A stretch of DNA of 60,685 nt, counting the filler, from Blastocystis sp. subtype 4 (taxonomy: Eukaryota), in NCBI RefSeq assembly GCF_000743755.1. It is 3 parts of 3 records of this genome, joined end to end, with 100 filler letters (N's around TTAATTAATTAA, not from the genome) between each part and the next. Parts side by side here need not be neighbours in the genome. Positions count along the whole stretch, not along the records: positions 1 to 20,307 come from NW_014569348.1; 2 more parts are not named here. One strand, given 5' to 3'. The notes below the pieces were generated by a model. It searched no databases and was not told the origin of the DNA. It was given only the letters and a program-made list of their open reading frames with translations. Below are positions 1 to 14,537 of this stretch, piece after piece; the first letter of the stretch is position 1, and each line of letters begins with the position of its first letter. The position numbers and the translations under genes were made by a program.

Positions 1-66
1 GTCCACACTAACACTCTTGATGAAAACGAGGTCAAGCCTATTCCACCTAAGGCTCGTGTCTATTAA
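1..66 (+). CDS. SDHA: 3' end of succinate dehydrogenase flavoprotein subunit (partial)
   Basis: Frame 1 reads VHTNTLDENEVKPIPPKARVY*, the typical SdhA C-terminus; TGTTTGTT at 91-98. Confidence 0.85.
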   Translation, partial: VHTNTLDENEVKPIPPKARVY

Positions 67-229
67 CGTTTAATGCAATTTTGTTTGGCCTGTTTGTTAG
101 AAGGTATTTCGTTATACTTTAGAGGATTGATGCACTTGTAAACAAAGTATGATCCTACGGGAAATGGTACAGAACTATCCATAGAATCCAAATTCAGATT
201 GTAGTGAACAAACAAAGAAAAGTGACGAA

Positions 230-505
230 CTAAATGGCTAATTGATTACCGTACTTATCCATCAGAAACACTGAGGTGGCAAACATAATCACACCCCACA
301 CAGAAAACATGTAACTGTAAAGGATGACAATAATGATACTCTGATACAAGGATATATTTCGCTTTCGAATTTGAGGCTCCTTACCGAATATATTCAGTAT
401 GCGTGTGACAATAGCACTATGTCTATGAATTACACATCTGGTATATAATAACTTCTTCTCTGGAGCTTCTAGTTGAGCCTTCTTCAGGTTATTGATTACG
501 TTCAT
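230..505 (-). CDS. Small hypothetical membrane protein (exon structure uncertain; possible AT-AC intron 311-355)
   Basis: 91-aa ORF with hydrophobic C-terminal segment; 3' motif AACAAACA at 207-214. Confidence 0.4.
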   Translation of the reverse strand: MNVINNLKKAQLEAPEKKLLYTRCVIHRHSAIVTRILNIFGKEPQIRKRNISLYQSIIIVILYSYMFSVWGVIMFATSVFLMDKYGNQLAI

Positions 506-828
506 TTCTTTCTAATGATGGTTCTTAAGTATTTATCCAATATTCAAGAACCACGGGAGTTATGTCGTAATGCGAAAGCATAAGAATCATCAACATGACA
601 GCGAATTATTGCAACACTGATTGTCGATGAAGTTCCTCTTATACTGGAACCCGAGTTTTACTGATCGAAGCAGTTTAAATTACACCACACCGCCAATCAT
701 CATAGACACTACCCAATACCTGTAGCTATCTATTCAAGGTGATTTTGTCCAAAACGAAATAGGGAGAACAACATCTCACAAGAAACCAGAATTCCCCCGT
801 ATTCTGGAATTCATCCAATCCTTTTCAA

Positions 829-3594
829 ATGCTTCGTACTTGCAGTGTGAAGTTTTGGAAAGGAGCAGGAAACCCGCTAGCACCAATACTTCGGAGACAG
901 TCGTGTTGATGTTGACAATTGATTCCTAGTCTTCTTACCTTGAGTCAATGTACTCTGAATCCCGACGTTAATAATGCTATAACTGAAGGGAAGCTATTGC
1001 TCCCAATTGACACATCTATCTTTATGTTTAGTATGGCAAAGTGTAGAAGTTAACTCGTAGAAGATAATGTTGATGAGAATATTCAATTTGTCAGGTCCCA
1101 GATTGAGATTGCGAAAAGGATGAACGTTGTTGCTGTTCCTAGCATTTTACTTCATGGAAATGTGTGAATGGATGAATTTGGATGAGGAATAGATCAAGAT
1201 TGGATTGAGTAAGGAGGACTTGAAAGAACTCAATTCTATGGAAGGAGGCCTTGTGGAGTGCAATGAGTATGAGTTTTGAGTGGAATAGTTACCAAGCAAA
1301 AACATCGATTCTATGATTTCGGAACGGGGAACAGGTTTTTTCTCAACAAGCATAACCATGTAACTCTTCTTTCATATCTACATCCATAGTCAGATCAGCC
1401 GACTCTTAGAATCGCCCTTGTGTGTAAGTGGATGGATCCAAGGTCTAGATAAGTCTTTTCCATCCTCATCATGTGACATTGATACCATTCGTGATTGTCA
1501 TGTGACTGTAGGAACTCGATTTTTCTTCTTACTAGAATGTCAATTGTGGTTTCGACATATGTTCAGACATGTACTCTACAATTCCATACTTGGCCTCGAA
1601 TCGAATCAGCATTATTACTCCAGGTTGTCAATACATTCCAATGATCTACAATCGTCTCTTGTTCTGATTCTTTTTTGTACTCACTTCTAGAAAGATGAAA
1701 TCGGATATAACAACCTACTCCTATTCAGAACTGGCTTCGCTGTTGATCAATAATGAGCAAGTCGATCTATCAATCTCTCTTCATCCTAGATGCAATTCCC
1801 TACCTCCTATGTCGTTTCTATTCACACAAAGGATACTACACGCACTGCTAAGATTGAGAAGATCCTTCCTTCTGTATTCTATGAGTGCCAAAAACGGGAA
1901 ATTCCCGTAGATAAGGATTCACAATTCCTTCATAACGTATCTTCTCTGAGGAGGTGTCCCATAGATTCTGAATGACAAATCGAATGGATTAGCAAAGAAT
2001 CTCTTCATGTCATGTATGAAAGAGGCGACAAAAACGGGAGTCACACTATTACAGCGGCTCAAAGAACAGCACAACATCCTTCGCTTGAAATCGCTTCTTC
2101 CTGAAGAATCAGAGGATCCAGAAGACTTGCTTCAGAGTATGAGCGAAATGGAGAATCAGGAACTGGAGGAAACAGAGAATGATGAGGAAATATTACCAAC
2201 AGAACAGGAAGAGAAGCATGATGAAGAGAATGGAATGAAACGCCGTTCTATTCCTATATTTGTACCCATGTTTGATCAACTGGAGTCCAGAACTAAACCA
2301 ATAGAAGAAACTCGAAAGGAAGAAACAGAGGAAGAAGATGCTTCTCAAACTTTCTCTTCTCAACCCCTTTCGGATACATACTTCCTTCGGGGAATGGATA
2401 CTCATTCCTCCATTTCTTCATGTTCTACCTATCAGAAGGGATCTCCTATTTTCATTGGTGAGGTTGCTGTAGGCACATACACACAACGAAGTCCTTTCCT
2501 CTCTCGTTCATCGTCCATCTTTGAGGATGTTGGAGGGATTGCCAGAAATGCATACGAAGTGTTCTTACGACTCCAGCCCACTCAACGTCCCATGCTTGTA
2601 GGTACCATTGGAAAGGATGAACGAGGTTCTTTCCTCGTGAAGTATCATGCTCACATCGGTGATGACCTTGCTCATGTGAAGAGAGAGAAAGGAAGCACAC
2701 AGACTCTTTGGGGTGTTTATGATTCGATGGGCTGTCCTGAGACGGAGCTACGAATGAAGGAGGTGTGTAAGGTTCACCCCAGTCAAATCACTAAGATTGA
2801 AGCCCAGTTACGAGATGCTTCGCAAGTATTTATCGATAGTTCGTTATCTCAGGATATTTTGACTTCTCTGGCCCACTCGCTTGCAGGACCAGACACACTG
2901 CTTCTCGTAGATCCAGGTGGAGGCAATCTGCAGTCATTACTAGCATCGCAAATCCTGCGAAGAACTGACTATGTCCTACCCTCGATTGAAGAATTGTGGG
3001 AGTTAGCAGTTCTTAGTCAACCGAATTTGCGACAGAATTGGGAGGAATGGCGCGAGAAATGTAGGACAAAGGGAAGAAAAATGAAATCCAGACACTAAGG
3101 AAATGGACTTCCAGCAAGCGATTCTGTTATTACAAGATCCCTTGAAAGCTGTATTGAAGGAGATGGCTGGTGGAGACAAAGTAGGGAGTTATTATGGAAT
3201 TCCATAAATAGGACAACTTTGTATTATTGAAGATGAATCACATGGGAATAGCAATGGTAGCAGGAGACCCCTCATCAAAGAATATGGATGTGATTCATTT
3301 CTCTATGGATCATTCATACAAACCTACTTTTGAAAGCAATATTGCTTCAGGTAGAGCAATAGAAGAGTAATGAGGATAGATGAAGCCTTTGCAGGTGGAT
3401 TGATGTATGGACTATCATTGCAATATCCTATGAATCTCTGTATGGCATTAGGAATCAATGTAGGACTCTCTGAGAAGGATAACATGTAGACAATGAGGAT
3501 TAACAGTCGACAACAGAGGATTGTAGCTCAGTCACTTCATGAAGGTGTTCATGCTCATTTTATCAAGTCATATATGCGTCAGTTGTGGGGATAA
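829..3594 (+). CDS. Divergent pseudouridine-5'-phosphate glycosidase (PsuG/IndA) + PfkB-family pseudouridine kinase fusion, multi-exon, possible mitochondrial presequence
   Basis: Spliced N-half NPDVNNAITEGKLLLPIDTSI...VAVPSILLHGNIKIGLSKEDL...GFFSTSITIQISRLLESPLCVSGWIQG...GFDICSDMYSTIPYL follows the IndA motif order; C-half has GGIARNAYE, VGTIGKDERG, DEAFAGGLMYGL (PfkB); TAA 3592-3594. Confidence 0.75.
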
Positions 3595-3619
3595 AGTCAT
3601 TTAGAACGTGTTTAGTATG

Positions 3620-3627
3620 AACAAACA
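3620..3627 (-). terminator. TGTTTGTT 3'-processing motif (DGK)
   Basis: In-frame T at -5. Confidence 0.85.
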
Positions 3628-3631
3628 AATG

Positions 3632-6058
3632 ATTGTCTCATTATCATTTGATATCGATTCATTATCAATCTATATTGAGTTGGATTTATCACGGATGTGG
3701 ATTTTGCCCACTCTAAACAATCAGTCATTACACTCATAGCTTTTTGTTTTTCTGTCACAGGCTGCATAAGCATCGGAACTTGACCTCGGTATAGAATTTC
3801 AATTGTTGATCGTTTTTGCGTCCATGGCTCTCCATCCACTTGAATTGGACACTTCTCCTTTAACTCAATTCGGATGTGTTTCCCTCGTCCAATCAAAAAC
3901 GCTCGACTTAATCCTGCCTACACATCACTTCACCATCCTATCCCGACCCGTGTCGTTGCACAATGAATAATGTTTCGGAATCCAATCACTTCCAGAATCC
4001 CATCACTATAACAGAAATAGTCCTCATTTCCGCCTAGAGGAAGCCCACCACCAGCATAATATGGAATATTTAGACATGTGATTCCCACAGCATCACCAAT
4101 ATCAACTCGTTTTCCGTCAATCAGTAATACGATGCTTTTCACCAAATTGGGGTAGGTTGGTTTGATGGTTTCGCCACCCCCAACTGCCGCATACCATAGT
4201 TTATTAATGAGCTGAGAGTTGAATAACGAAGGATTCTGTTCTCTCATTGTATGAAATCGTAGCGTGATTGCAGCATCCACTCCAATACTGAAGTAACAAT
4301 TGAAGATACGATTCTATCGATCATCGTATGTTCATTTGAGTACTGTCACTGCCTTCCGGTGATGTGAAGTCATTCGAAGATTCCATCGATCCAACAACGT
4401 CACTATGAATCATGAAGTATTCATAGAACAACAATGAGCTCGACTCACTTGCTCAAGAATTGTATCTACTGAAATATCCCCCTATTCTGTTACTCCTGAT
4501 ATATCTACGAATACAACATATCCACTGCCCCAGTTGAGTGAGCGTGCAAGATCATTGCCTGTGCCTAGAGGCAGAATGGCTACAGCAGGAACACGTCTCC
4601 AGTGAAGTTCTTCAATCATTGTCAGAACCCATCCAATCGATCCGTGCTGTGAAGGAATCAGATAAGAGGAGAATTAGGATATGTCGCCACCGCAAACAAG
4701 GATCCGCAAACTGTCGCAATCGACGTAATTCTTCAAAGCGTCCTGAGGATTCTTTTCTTGCAAGTCAACCACTTGAATCGGATGAAGAATCCGACGGAAA
4801 CGGGGTAATAATTTGTTTCCGTATAACCCACCTGATCGTGAATTGATAAAGATGATGATGGGAGTGTGATCGGTTGGGATGTCAAGATTCCTACATTAAA
4901 GATTGATAGGAGAAGTACCAGGACCGTCGATCAATAGGTTTCTTCTTGTCAAGGTATTTACGAAGCTCTGGACTAAAAATCAACGAATGACAGAAAATTG
5001 ACTGATTTTGGAGATTCTTTACATAATCAACAATTGATGATGTGTTCTTGTTAAAGTCATTCACCCACGATTGCCACGAGAATCGACGAGCAGGTTTCTG
5101 AATATCTTCCTCAGATCGACTGAATGTCTTATATTCCACCAGTCGTGGCGGTGGTGAACTCCCTACCGAAGTATCATCAGAATCAAAAGAGTCAGAAGGC
5201 TGACGCCTGCGTAATTCTGAAGATAAGTCGAAATCTGAGTCCAATAATTCAGGAGGCAGGATATTTTCGCTTCCGCATCGTACTAGAGGATGAGACTGAG
5301 TAATAGGTGAAGAAGGAGCTGACATTGGTGGCTCATCCGAATCTTCATCGACTACTGGAGTGGTTGTTTTGGAATATGGAGAACGAACAAATGAAGGAGA
5401 AATTATGAAGGGCTCATATCTACCAAAATCACAATATTTGCCCAACTCTGAGACACATTCACTACGACTCAATTGTATTCCATACACATACTCGTGAACA
5501 ACTCGTTGACACCAGACACAACGTTTTCCAGATAGATTAACAAAGCTAGTAATTTCTTCATTACAAATACAACAGGTTGTTCCAATATCAATGTTCCCTT
5601 CCAACCTGCAGAGCTTAAATACAATAGTAAACTATACCACAAGTGTTTAATCCTTGGTTTAGAGGAAGTTAACTGCTTGCAATGAAATTTTGATACACGA
5701 ATACACTCTTCATGAATAAAGGAGCCGCAGTAATCACATTCACATATTTCTAGTGATCATACGACTCATAGGGTTGATACTGTCTTGCCCCGGAAGAAGA
5801 AGTCGGTTGCATTCATGACACGATTTTGGATTGATTGGATTGCTCCGGGACCATAAATGACCATTCTTCCTAATTGTCATTCCTATGAGTAATTCATCTA
5901 ATGAATCATGCACGGTTATTTGTTTTGTGAAAAAGCTTTCCAGCATTGATAATAACGTATAGTACACACAAACATACGAATCCGATGATTACTCCCACAG
6001 TTACCCCAGATATGGTTAATAAATCAGGGGAGATGTTCAGTACATCAACTGAATTCAT
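3632..6058 (-). CDS. DGK: Diacylglycerol kinase (N-terminal TM, two C1 domains, catalytic and accessory domains; epsilon-like architecture)
   Basis: C1 cysteine patterns, LVCGGD^[38 protein letters not shown]; stop probably completed by poly(A) at T3632. Confidence 0.93.
4644..4682 (-). other. AT-AC U12-type intron (39 nt) within DGK
   Basis: ATATCCT...TTCCTTCAC-AGCAC; contains an in-frame TAA; removal restores GGDGS. Confidence 0.9.
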
Positions 6059-6162
6059 AGTTGATTGAATTGAATGAAAACCCTCTTTGTTGTAGAAACA
6101 CAGAATATTGTAGTCGCAACAAAATCTATCTTTGTACAAAATAAGAAGCCATTCAACTTATC

Positions 6163-6170
6163 AACAAACA
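6163..6170 (-). terminator. TGTTTGTT motif (VPS16)
   Basis: T of the genomic TGA lies at -5. Confidence 0.85.
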
Positions 6171-6172
6171 AA

Positions 6173-9095
6173 TCACTGTGAATTAATCAAAGAATCGTAT
6201 GTTCTCTGGGCTGTATCTCGTATCAAATCATCCTCACACTTCTGACAAATCTCTTTTAGTGCCTCTATATCTTTCAGTTTTGTTGCATCTGCCACAGCAA
6301 TCTCAAAAGCTCCACATTTCAAACTCCACTTCAATCGTTCCTTTGTATCTGACATCTATTTCTCACTCCATTCCACTTCTCTGACCTTCGGCAAATACAA
6401 GCGAGCCTGCTCCATATTCTCATACTTCAAGCAGATTTCTACGAATGGCTGATACCCAATCGGACTCTTCTTATCGAATCCAAAAGCTTTCAACACTTCC
6501 CAGAATCCTGCTTCAGCGAGTGCTCGTATCTTAATATACCAGAACCTACACATCACTCTGTCACTTGACCAACACTTCTTGTCTGGAATCTTAAATACAC
6601 TTCGAATACGATCCGCCTGCTTCAGTTGAGAGTTCTTTATACAGAAACTCATCAGTTCATCCACACTCAGCTCTGTACAGCTACTGTCCTTCACTTGACC
6701 ACTAATCTCCTTTTGGAACCCCAATAATTTCAGATGATCTGCTAGTAGCTTGCTCAGGAAGTCGAGATCCTTTCGAGAGGGTAGCAACTGAGTCACCATT
6801 GAGTTCAAATCTTTCACCAGAGCGATTCGGTCCTCGAAACTACAATGATCGAAGGCTTTCTGATAGGTGAGAGCACAAAGCTCGTTCAGACTATATGACA
6901 GTATTTCTGGAATTCCTACTTTCCTTGAGATTTCAGTAAATCTTCATACTCTTGGTGATTCTGGATACGCAAATACTCCCGAAGTGAATTCATTGGTCCA
7001 GGATACTTCTTAACGAGTTCAATAAACTCCGTTCGTTTCATTCCTTCTGTGTGGTACCTGATTGTAACGCACTGATCTCATTCTCACTTAAGATAGATGT
7101 GAAGTGCTGTGAACAGACTTAGATCCTCATCTCCTGATCGCATTGCCTCCTCCAGTGCTATCTCATACTGTTCCATCAATAGTAAGGATGGTAATCTGTC
7201 TGCAATCGAGGGCTCGAACTGTAGTAGTCGGCAAGCGAGTTCTGGTCGACCTGCCTGATGAGCAGACCAAGCGATCTGTGTGTACCTTTGTGTCAGGAAG
7301 GAAGAGAGAGTACTTGAGATTTGTGTGAGGTTGTAATCTTGAGCGGATGAGAGAACAGAGATCATCATCTGAGAGATCTGCGGCACTCTTTACCTTTTGA
7401 CATGCCCAATCAACAAGCACAAAATCGTGAGGAATCCCAGCAAACTGACAGATCTTAGAATGAATAAAAACAGAATATCTCACCTTCACAGCAAGATAGT
7501 ACAAGTGTCTGGAGAGTAGTCGAGAGAGAACTGCTTTTTCTCCCAACAAATCATACTCCGCCTTTGTTAGATACAATCCAACAGTCTCACATCGAAGGGC
7601 ATTTTGGATACGGAGAACGCGTGATAACCGTGGGAATGATGTAGCCACATATTCACGCTGGAGAGGATCTTCAATACAGTTCTCTCCGTAATTAGCTGAG
7701 CGCAATAGTTCCTCCTGGAGGAGAGTAGAGAACTCTTCCTCTGCGGCCTCTAGACACTCTTGCACGCCTTCTACCAGTTCGTCACCTGTCAATCCTCCTG
7801 TTCCCGAGAGTGCATCTTCATTTCCAGAAGATTGGGCGAAGTGCGAGAATGCACTGCGGAGAATGTAGCCAGGAGACTGAGAACCCTCCATGTAGAGATT
7901 GAAGAGTGAAGGAGGAACCTAAACATTAGAATGTCAGAAGCAATATCACAGTTCGGATCAATTCATGTCGATTTCTGGAATACACACGAACACCATCAAT
8001 TTCTGATACTAAAAAGAGTGGTTCTTCCGCTGGATCGTAATCAAAGCGGAGATAATCACAGAACGGACTAATCAGAATGAGTCCGCAATTCTTCCAATAT
8101 CCAACCACACTATCACAACCACACCAAACTAGATCACGAGGAATCGATTTTGTATGCGTATTGAATTCTAGAAGCTACTTATAATGAATGACACAATTCT
8201 TGACTTTTTTGTCAAATGCTGAACTCAAAACTACAACCCATCCCTCACTTGTGTGACATGCAATGAAATGTTGATCGGGAGACACACTCATTCTCTGAAT
8301 GCGACCGAAGAATTTGTCTTCTGTGTGGAGATTAGTGACAGAGTCCTTTGTCACAGCTACCATCAGTTGATCCCAACATGCTATGATGACAACGGGATCT
8401 CCCGATTCTGTACAACGACCCTCAATACATGCCATTGCAGTTACTGCATTACCGCTCTGAAGTTCAAATTGCTTATACTCTGTGATTGTTGGAGTCTCTG
8501 CATCACATCCGATGACAAGTCTATGTCAGAAATCTTTCTTTCTACCTACATACGACCTGTTCGTGTATATGCAATACAACCATTCTCTGTGCTAATTGCA
8601 TGACTCACTAAATCGACGAAAGCTTGTTCAAATAGCTTGACTTCGGCAATAAGAACTCCCAAGATTGAAAATACAAATAAACGGCCATCTTCAAGAAGGA
8701 GGAACAAACGTTCTGATAGAGTCCATCCCATAACCACGATCTTTGTATGTTGCCAGTCACCTCCAGGAATTTGGGCCAACTATTGTTAAGAACACACACA
8801 TCGCATACCATCTTTCCACATGAATCAAAAATGAATATATCTGTCGATAGACTCACATCCGAAGACAACGGAAGGGGTTCATCGGTGTTCCACATTAATG
8901 CAATAGCTCCTATCACGTCAAACCACTCAATCTCCCATTACCACTAAATTTACTGCAAGATCCAACAAAGCATTCAAGAGAAAATGTTGACCACTTCATA
9001 TGTTGATTCAGAGTCACTTGTTGATACGGAACTGTATTCGTGGAACTCCCCAGGAACTGCCATTCATCAGCATTATTACCAGGTAAGAAATCCAT
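6173..9095 (-). CDS. VPS16: Vacuolar protein sorting 16 (HOPS/CORVET subunit), multi-exon
   Basis: PRDLVWCGCDSV, EIDGVRVYS, LLRSANYG, LRIQNALR, FKIPDKKFWYIKIRALAE, KKSPIGYQPFVEIC. Confidence 0.93.
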
Positions 9096-9200
9096 CGTCC
9101 ATTTGTGTGTTCTGTAAGATGTGTTTATGCGAAAAGTGTCGTTGTTTTTTGTGTCTCTTCTCAAACAGTCACCTCAATACAAAATAGCCTAAAAGACCCC

Positions 9201-11703
9201 TTACAACTTGCCCTTACTTACAAGTCGCTTATATTCTTCAAATTCACCATTGAATGGAATAATCGTTTGATTGCGGATAGTCCACAACTCTTTACACACT
9301 CGACTAATAAAGAACTGGTCATGAGATACAACTACCACTCCTCCTTGGAATTTGTTAAGCGCGTTTGCTAACGCCTCAATCGTCTCTATAACTCATTCAT
9401 TCATTATTGTCAAACCGATATCCAAGTGATTGGTTGGTTCATCCATCACAAGAATGTGTGGATTTGTCTTTGTGATCATAGCAAATGACACACGCGTCTT
9501 CTGACCTCCACTGAGAGTCTTCACAGGTCGTTCCGCCATATCTATCGATCATTCGCTTCTTTTACACCTACCCTCATTGACACCGAAGCGAGCCAACTGG
9601 CTACGAAGCACTTGATCCTCTTCCTTTGGATAGTGGTCTCGCATGATCTGAAGAGGTGTCTTCGTGAAGTCCAACTGATCCAAATGGTGTTGTGTGAATA
9701 CTGCACAGCGCAATTTGTGATTCCGAATGACTTGTCCTTCCAACGGAATCAGATCACCCAATAATAACTATGGTTCATCTCAGGAATCTCTCCTACTCTC
9801 ACGAGTGTTGATTTACCAATACCATTGGGACCCAGAATTCCAATTCGTGACTGGAGATCAATACCAAAGTTGACATCACGGAAGAGGATGTGATCCTTCG
9901 TATATCCGAAAGTGATATCATTGGACTGAAGAATGGGATATTGTAATTGTGGTGGCTACATATTAATTACTCTCCTAAGAATACGTCCACAAACTGGAAG
10001 CGAAGCATTGGATCCTCGCCTATCACGGGAATTGCATCCATATCCTCTTGAAGCTTCTTCACCACCTTGAGTTTGCTCTGAACCTGTCTATTCCTCACAT
10101 TCTCTCTCCATTTCTACGGAGCACGATTCGCATTAACACGAAATCTGTTGATGAAGATCATCAAATGATCAATTTGGCCCTGGATACTCTGTCGCTCACG
10201 CTCATAGCTCAATCTCTCTTCCATAAACACCTTCTCATAAGTATCATAATTTCCGCGGAAATATAAGATTTGTTGATCTTTGATTAACATGATATCTGTG
10301 CACACATAATTCAAGAAGTGTCGATCATGTGAAACCACCACCAGTGTCTTTTCATAGTTCTCCAAGAAGTCCTCCAACCAGATGACTGTACCAATATCGA
10401 GATGGTTTGTAGGTTCATCCAAAAGCAGTACATCAGGCGAGGAGAACAATGCAGCGGCCAATGAGACTCTAGAGATGAGGAATCAGTCTGATGACGACCG
10501 CATACGCCAGCCTCCACTGAGGACCTTTGTGGACATTTGCATCATCTCGGGAGTGAATCCCAAACCCTTCAGGATATCGGCTGCTACAACCTCAGGATTC
10601 GTCAGATTTCGGTTGGTAAGTTCCTGATAAATCCACTGAAGCTTCATGATCTCTTCAGACGAAGCACCTGGGGTTCAGATCTCATGACAAAAATACTATC
10701 GGTTTTGGTCTTCTCTTCGATTTCATTCTTCTGAGTGATCAGTGTCTGATACACACTATTACTCTTCAGAACCTCGGTTATCACTGATTCATCACTCTCT
10801 GGAATCTATGATGAATCCATACTCATTTCCTCACTTCTTGTTCCACATACATCACACTAATGTGCTCAGGGAATCCTGTGATTTGACGTCTAGAGATATG
10901 TCTACAAGTTAGCAGGAAAAGAACTCACATACCGTAGAAGAGTTGATTTGCCAATACCATTGCGACCAATCAAACCATATTTCCGACCATAGACCAATTT
11001 AAGAGAAGCATCGACAACCAACTGCTTTCCAGGGACTCCAACAGTAACGTTCTCCACGTTAATATCCATTGATTTCCCAATAGCCTCTAGATTCACTGAT
11101 AATTTTGGTGCTTCCGCCTCGTACACTTCCTCAGTTGGAGAGTTGTGCTATCTCTAAGAGAATTGAGCCTAAACTTACTTTCCGTCGTTCGGCTCGTCTT
11201 TCATAACGTTCCTTTCTTGATCGGAGAAGCTCTAAATTCTTTTGTTCATCGATATCGCTATTCGTATTGATGAGTAACTACGTCTTCAGCAAATCTCACA
11301 ACAACTCACTTCTTGAGCATTCCAAAGAAGTGAAGCAGCCTCTGTTTTCCTTTGAATATCATCCATACCACTAAGAACGAGCGGTTTGTCCAATTTATGA
11401 ATTGGCATCTCCTGCTTTCTACACAATCAATTACCCAACATTTACCAACTGCTTGTGTTCTCCTTTGTGGTGAAGAAGTGAAGGAAGCTTCTTACACCGT
11501 TCTGCTACCTCCTCCTCCGAACAAACTTCATAACCAGTTAGAATGGGAGACAAGAGTTCTGTGAATTGATCTGCGTTGGAAGTCTTGTTCTCTTCGAGGA
11601 TCGAAGCAACATAAAGAACCAACTCTTCATCCAATTCTGGGAACACTTTAGACGCTATCTTCGAGTAATTAGGAGTGTTCATGGAAGAAATCATGAATGA
11701 CAT
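9201..11703 (-). CDS. ABCF3: ABC-F family ATPase (ABCF3/GCN20-like), multi-exon
   Basis: Two ABC domains ([54 protein letters not shown]), no TM segments; TAA 9203-9201. Confidence 0.9.
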
Positions 11704-11761
11704 TGATCTCTCGAAAGCAAGAAACTTCCAGGAATATTCTTGACTAACAAACAGTGTTCCA

Positions 11762-13333
<1,572 letters not shown>

Positions 13334-13399
13334 GGTATTATAATTTGCACGGGGTTTGACATATCTTTGAATTACTTTATTACCTTATTAAGTAGTTTC
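13334..13399. promoter_or_regulatory. Probable 66-nt bidirectional promoter/5'UTR region (PFKFB / NSE3)
   Basis: Divergent start codons at 13333 and 13400. Confidence 0.45.
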
Positions 13400-14456
13400 A
13401 TGGTACAATTTTAGTTCTGTTCTTACTTAGAGTGAAAGAGAAAACAAGGGACCGTTTTCTCCAGTTCCCTTGGATCCTGCAATGTATATGAATCGCTTTG
13501 TTTCATCTATTTATGCACAAATGAAGTTTGACTCTATGGATGTTGAAGTATGCGTTACTTATTGTTCCAATTGTAGGACCAGGAGAAACTTATCGATGCC
13601 TTCACAAGAGGGATCCTCATTGATTGTCTTGGTCCAACAAAGGTCTTCAAAATTGAACCATTTAAGAAGTTTCTTCAAGAACAAATGAATCTCACTGTAC
13701 CACCAGGAACAACAACGTATTGGAGTCCCATAGCTGATATATAGACAAATTCTAAGCAAAGTCAATACGAAGTTGATGGATGTATTTGGATATTGTATCG
13801 CCCCAGTCAACTACGGAGCCAAGAGATATATCTTCGATGAGAATCGTGAGTATGGTTATGTTTGTTAACAGGTAGCGATGGGAATGAAAGAACTTATCTT
13901 GGTTTCTGTCATTCCAAATTCTGAAACTAAACAGGCTGTAGTGATTCGTTCATTCTATTGAAGTAGAATTCGATCCAGATTGATGATACTCAACGAGGCT
14001 TGCTCTTTTGGACTTTGTGCTATCTCTATCTCAATAGTGGATGTGAAAAGGATCGTCTTGAAGGTTACCTGATGTCGGTTACAGGAAATGTCGGTTTGTA
14101 TTAATGGTGTCATCTAGACTGTTGGATCGATTCGGGAACATCTCGATGAATGGGAGCGAGGACGGTATATCACGCGGGTAAATTCAACAGTTCAGGGCAT
14201 AGAATTAGTGAAATATGAAGTGAGTATGCGATCGTATATGGAGATAGGATTCAAGAATATCACGAAGTTTATTTGTACAGTAAGGGTTTAAGGAGTTCCT
14301 AAGAAGTAGCTTATGAAGAGAGAGTATTCGGACGAAATCACACAGAAGTGGGTAAATGACAGTCTGGGTCCAGAACCAGTTCCAGAGAAGAAGGAGAAAA
14401 GAGAAAAGAAGGAACGGATAACAGAGCAGAAGAGGGGAAATAAAGCAACCAGTTGA
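13400..14456 (+). CDS. NSE3: MAGE-family protein, probable SMC5/6 subunit NSE3
   Basis: ATG-only first exon, KLMDVFGYCI, RGLLFWTLCYLYLNSG (MAGE winged-helix motifs); TGA 14454-14456 then TGTTTGTT 14459-14466. Confidence 0.65.
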
Positions 14457-14537
14457 TGTGTTTGTTATGACCACTACAAAGTATTGGGATCCCCACCAAG
14501 TTCATTTGAATCGAAGACCATTCAATTCTTCGTGAAA

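Noticed and set aside
1147..1359. 70-aa minus-strand ORF, and similar antisense ORFs (14763-15011, 16036-16449, 50148-50651)
   Set aside because: Shadows of real genes on the opposite strand, often over low-complexity sequence.
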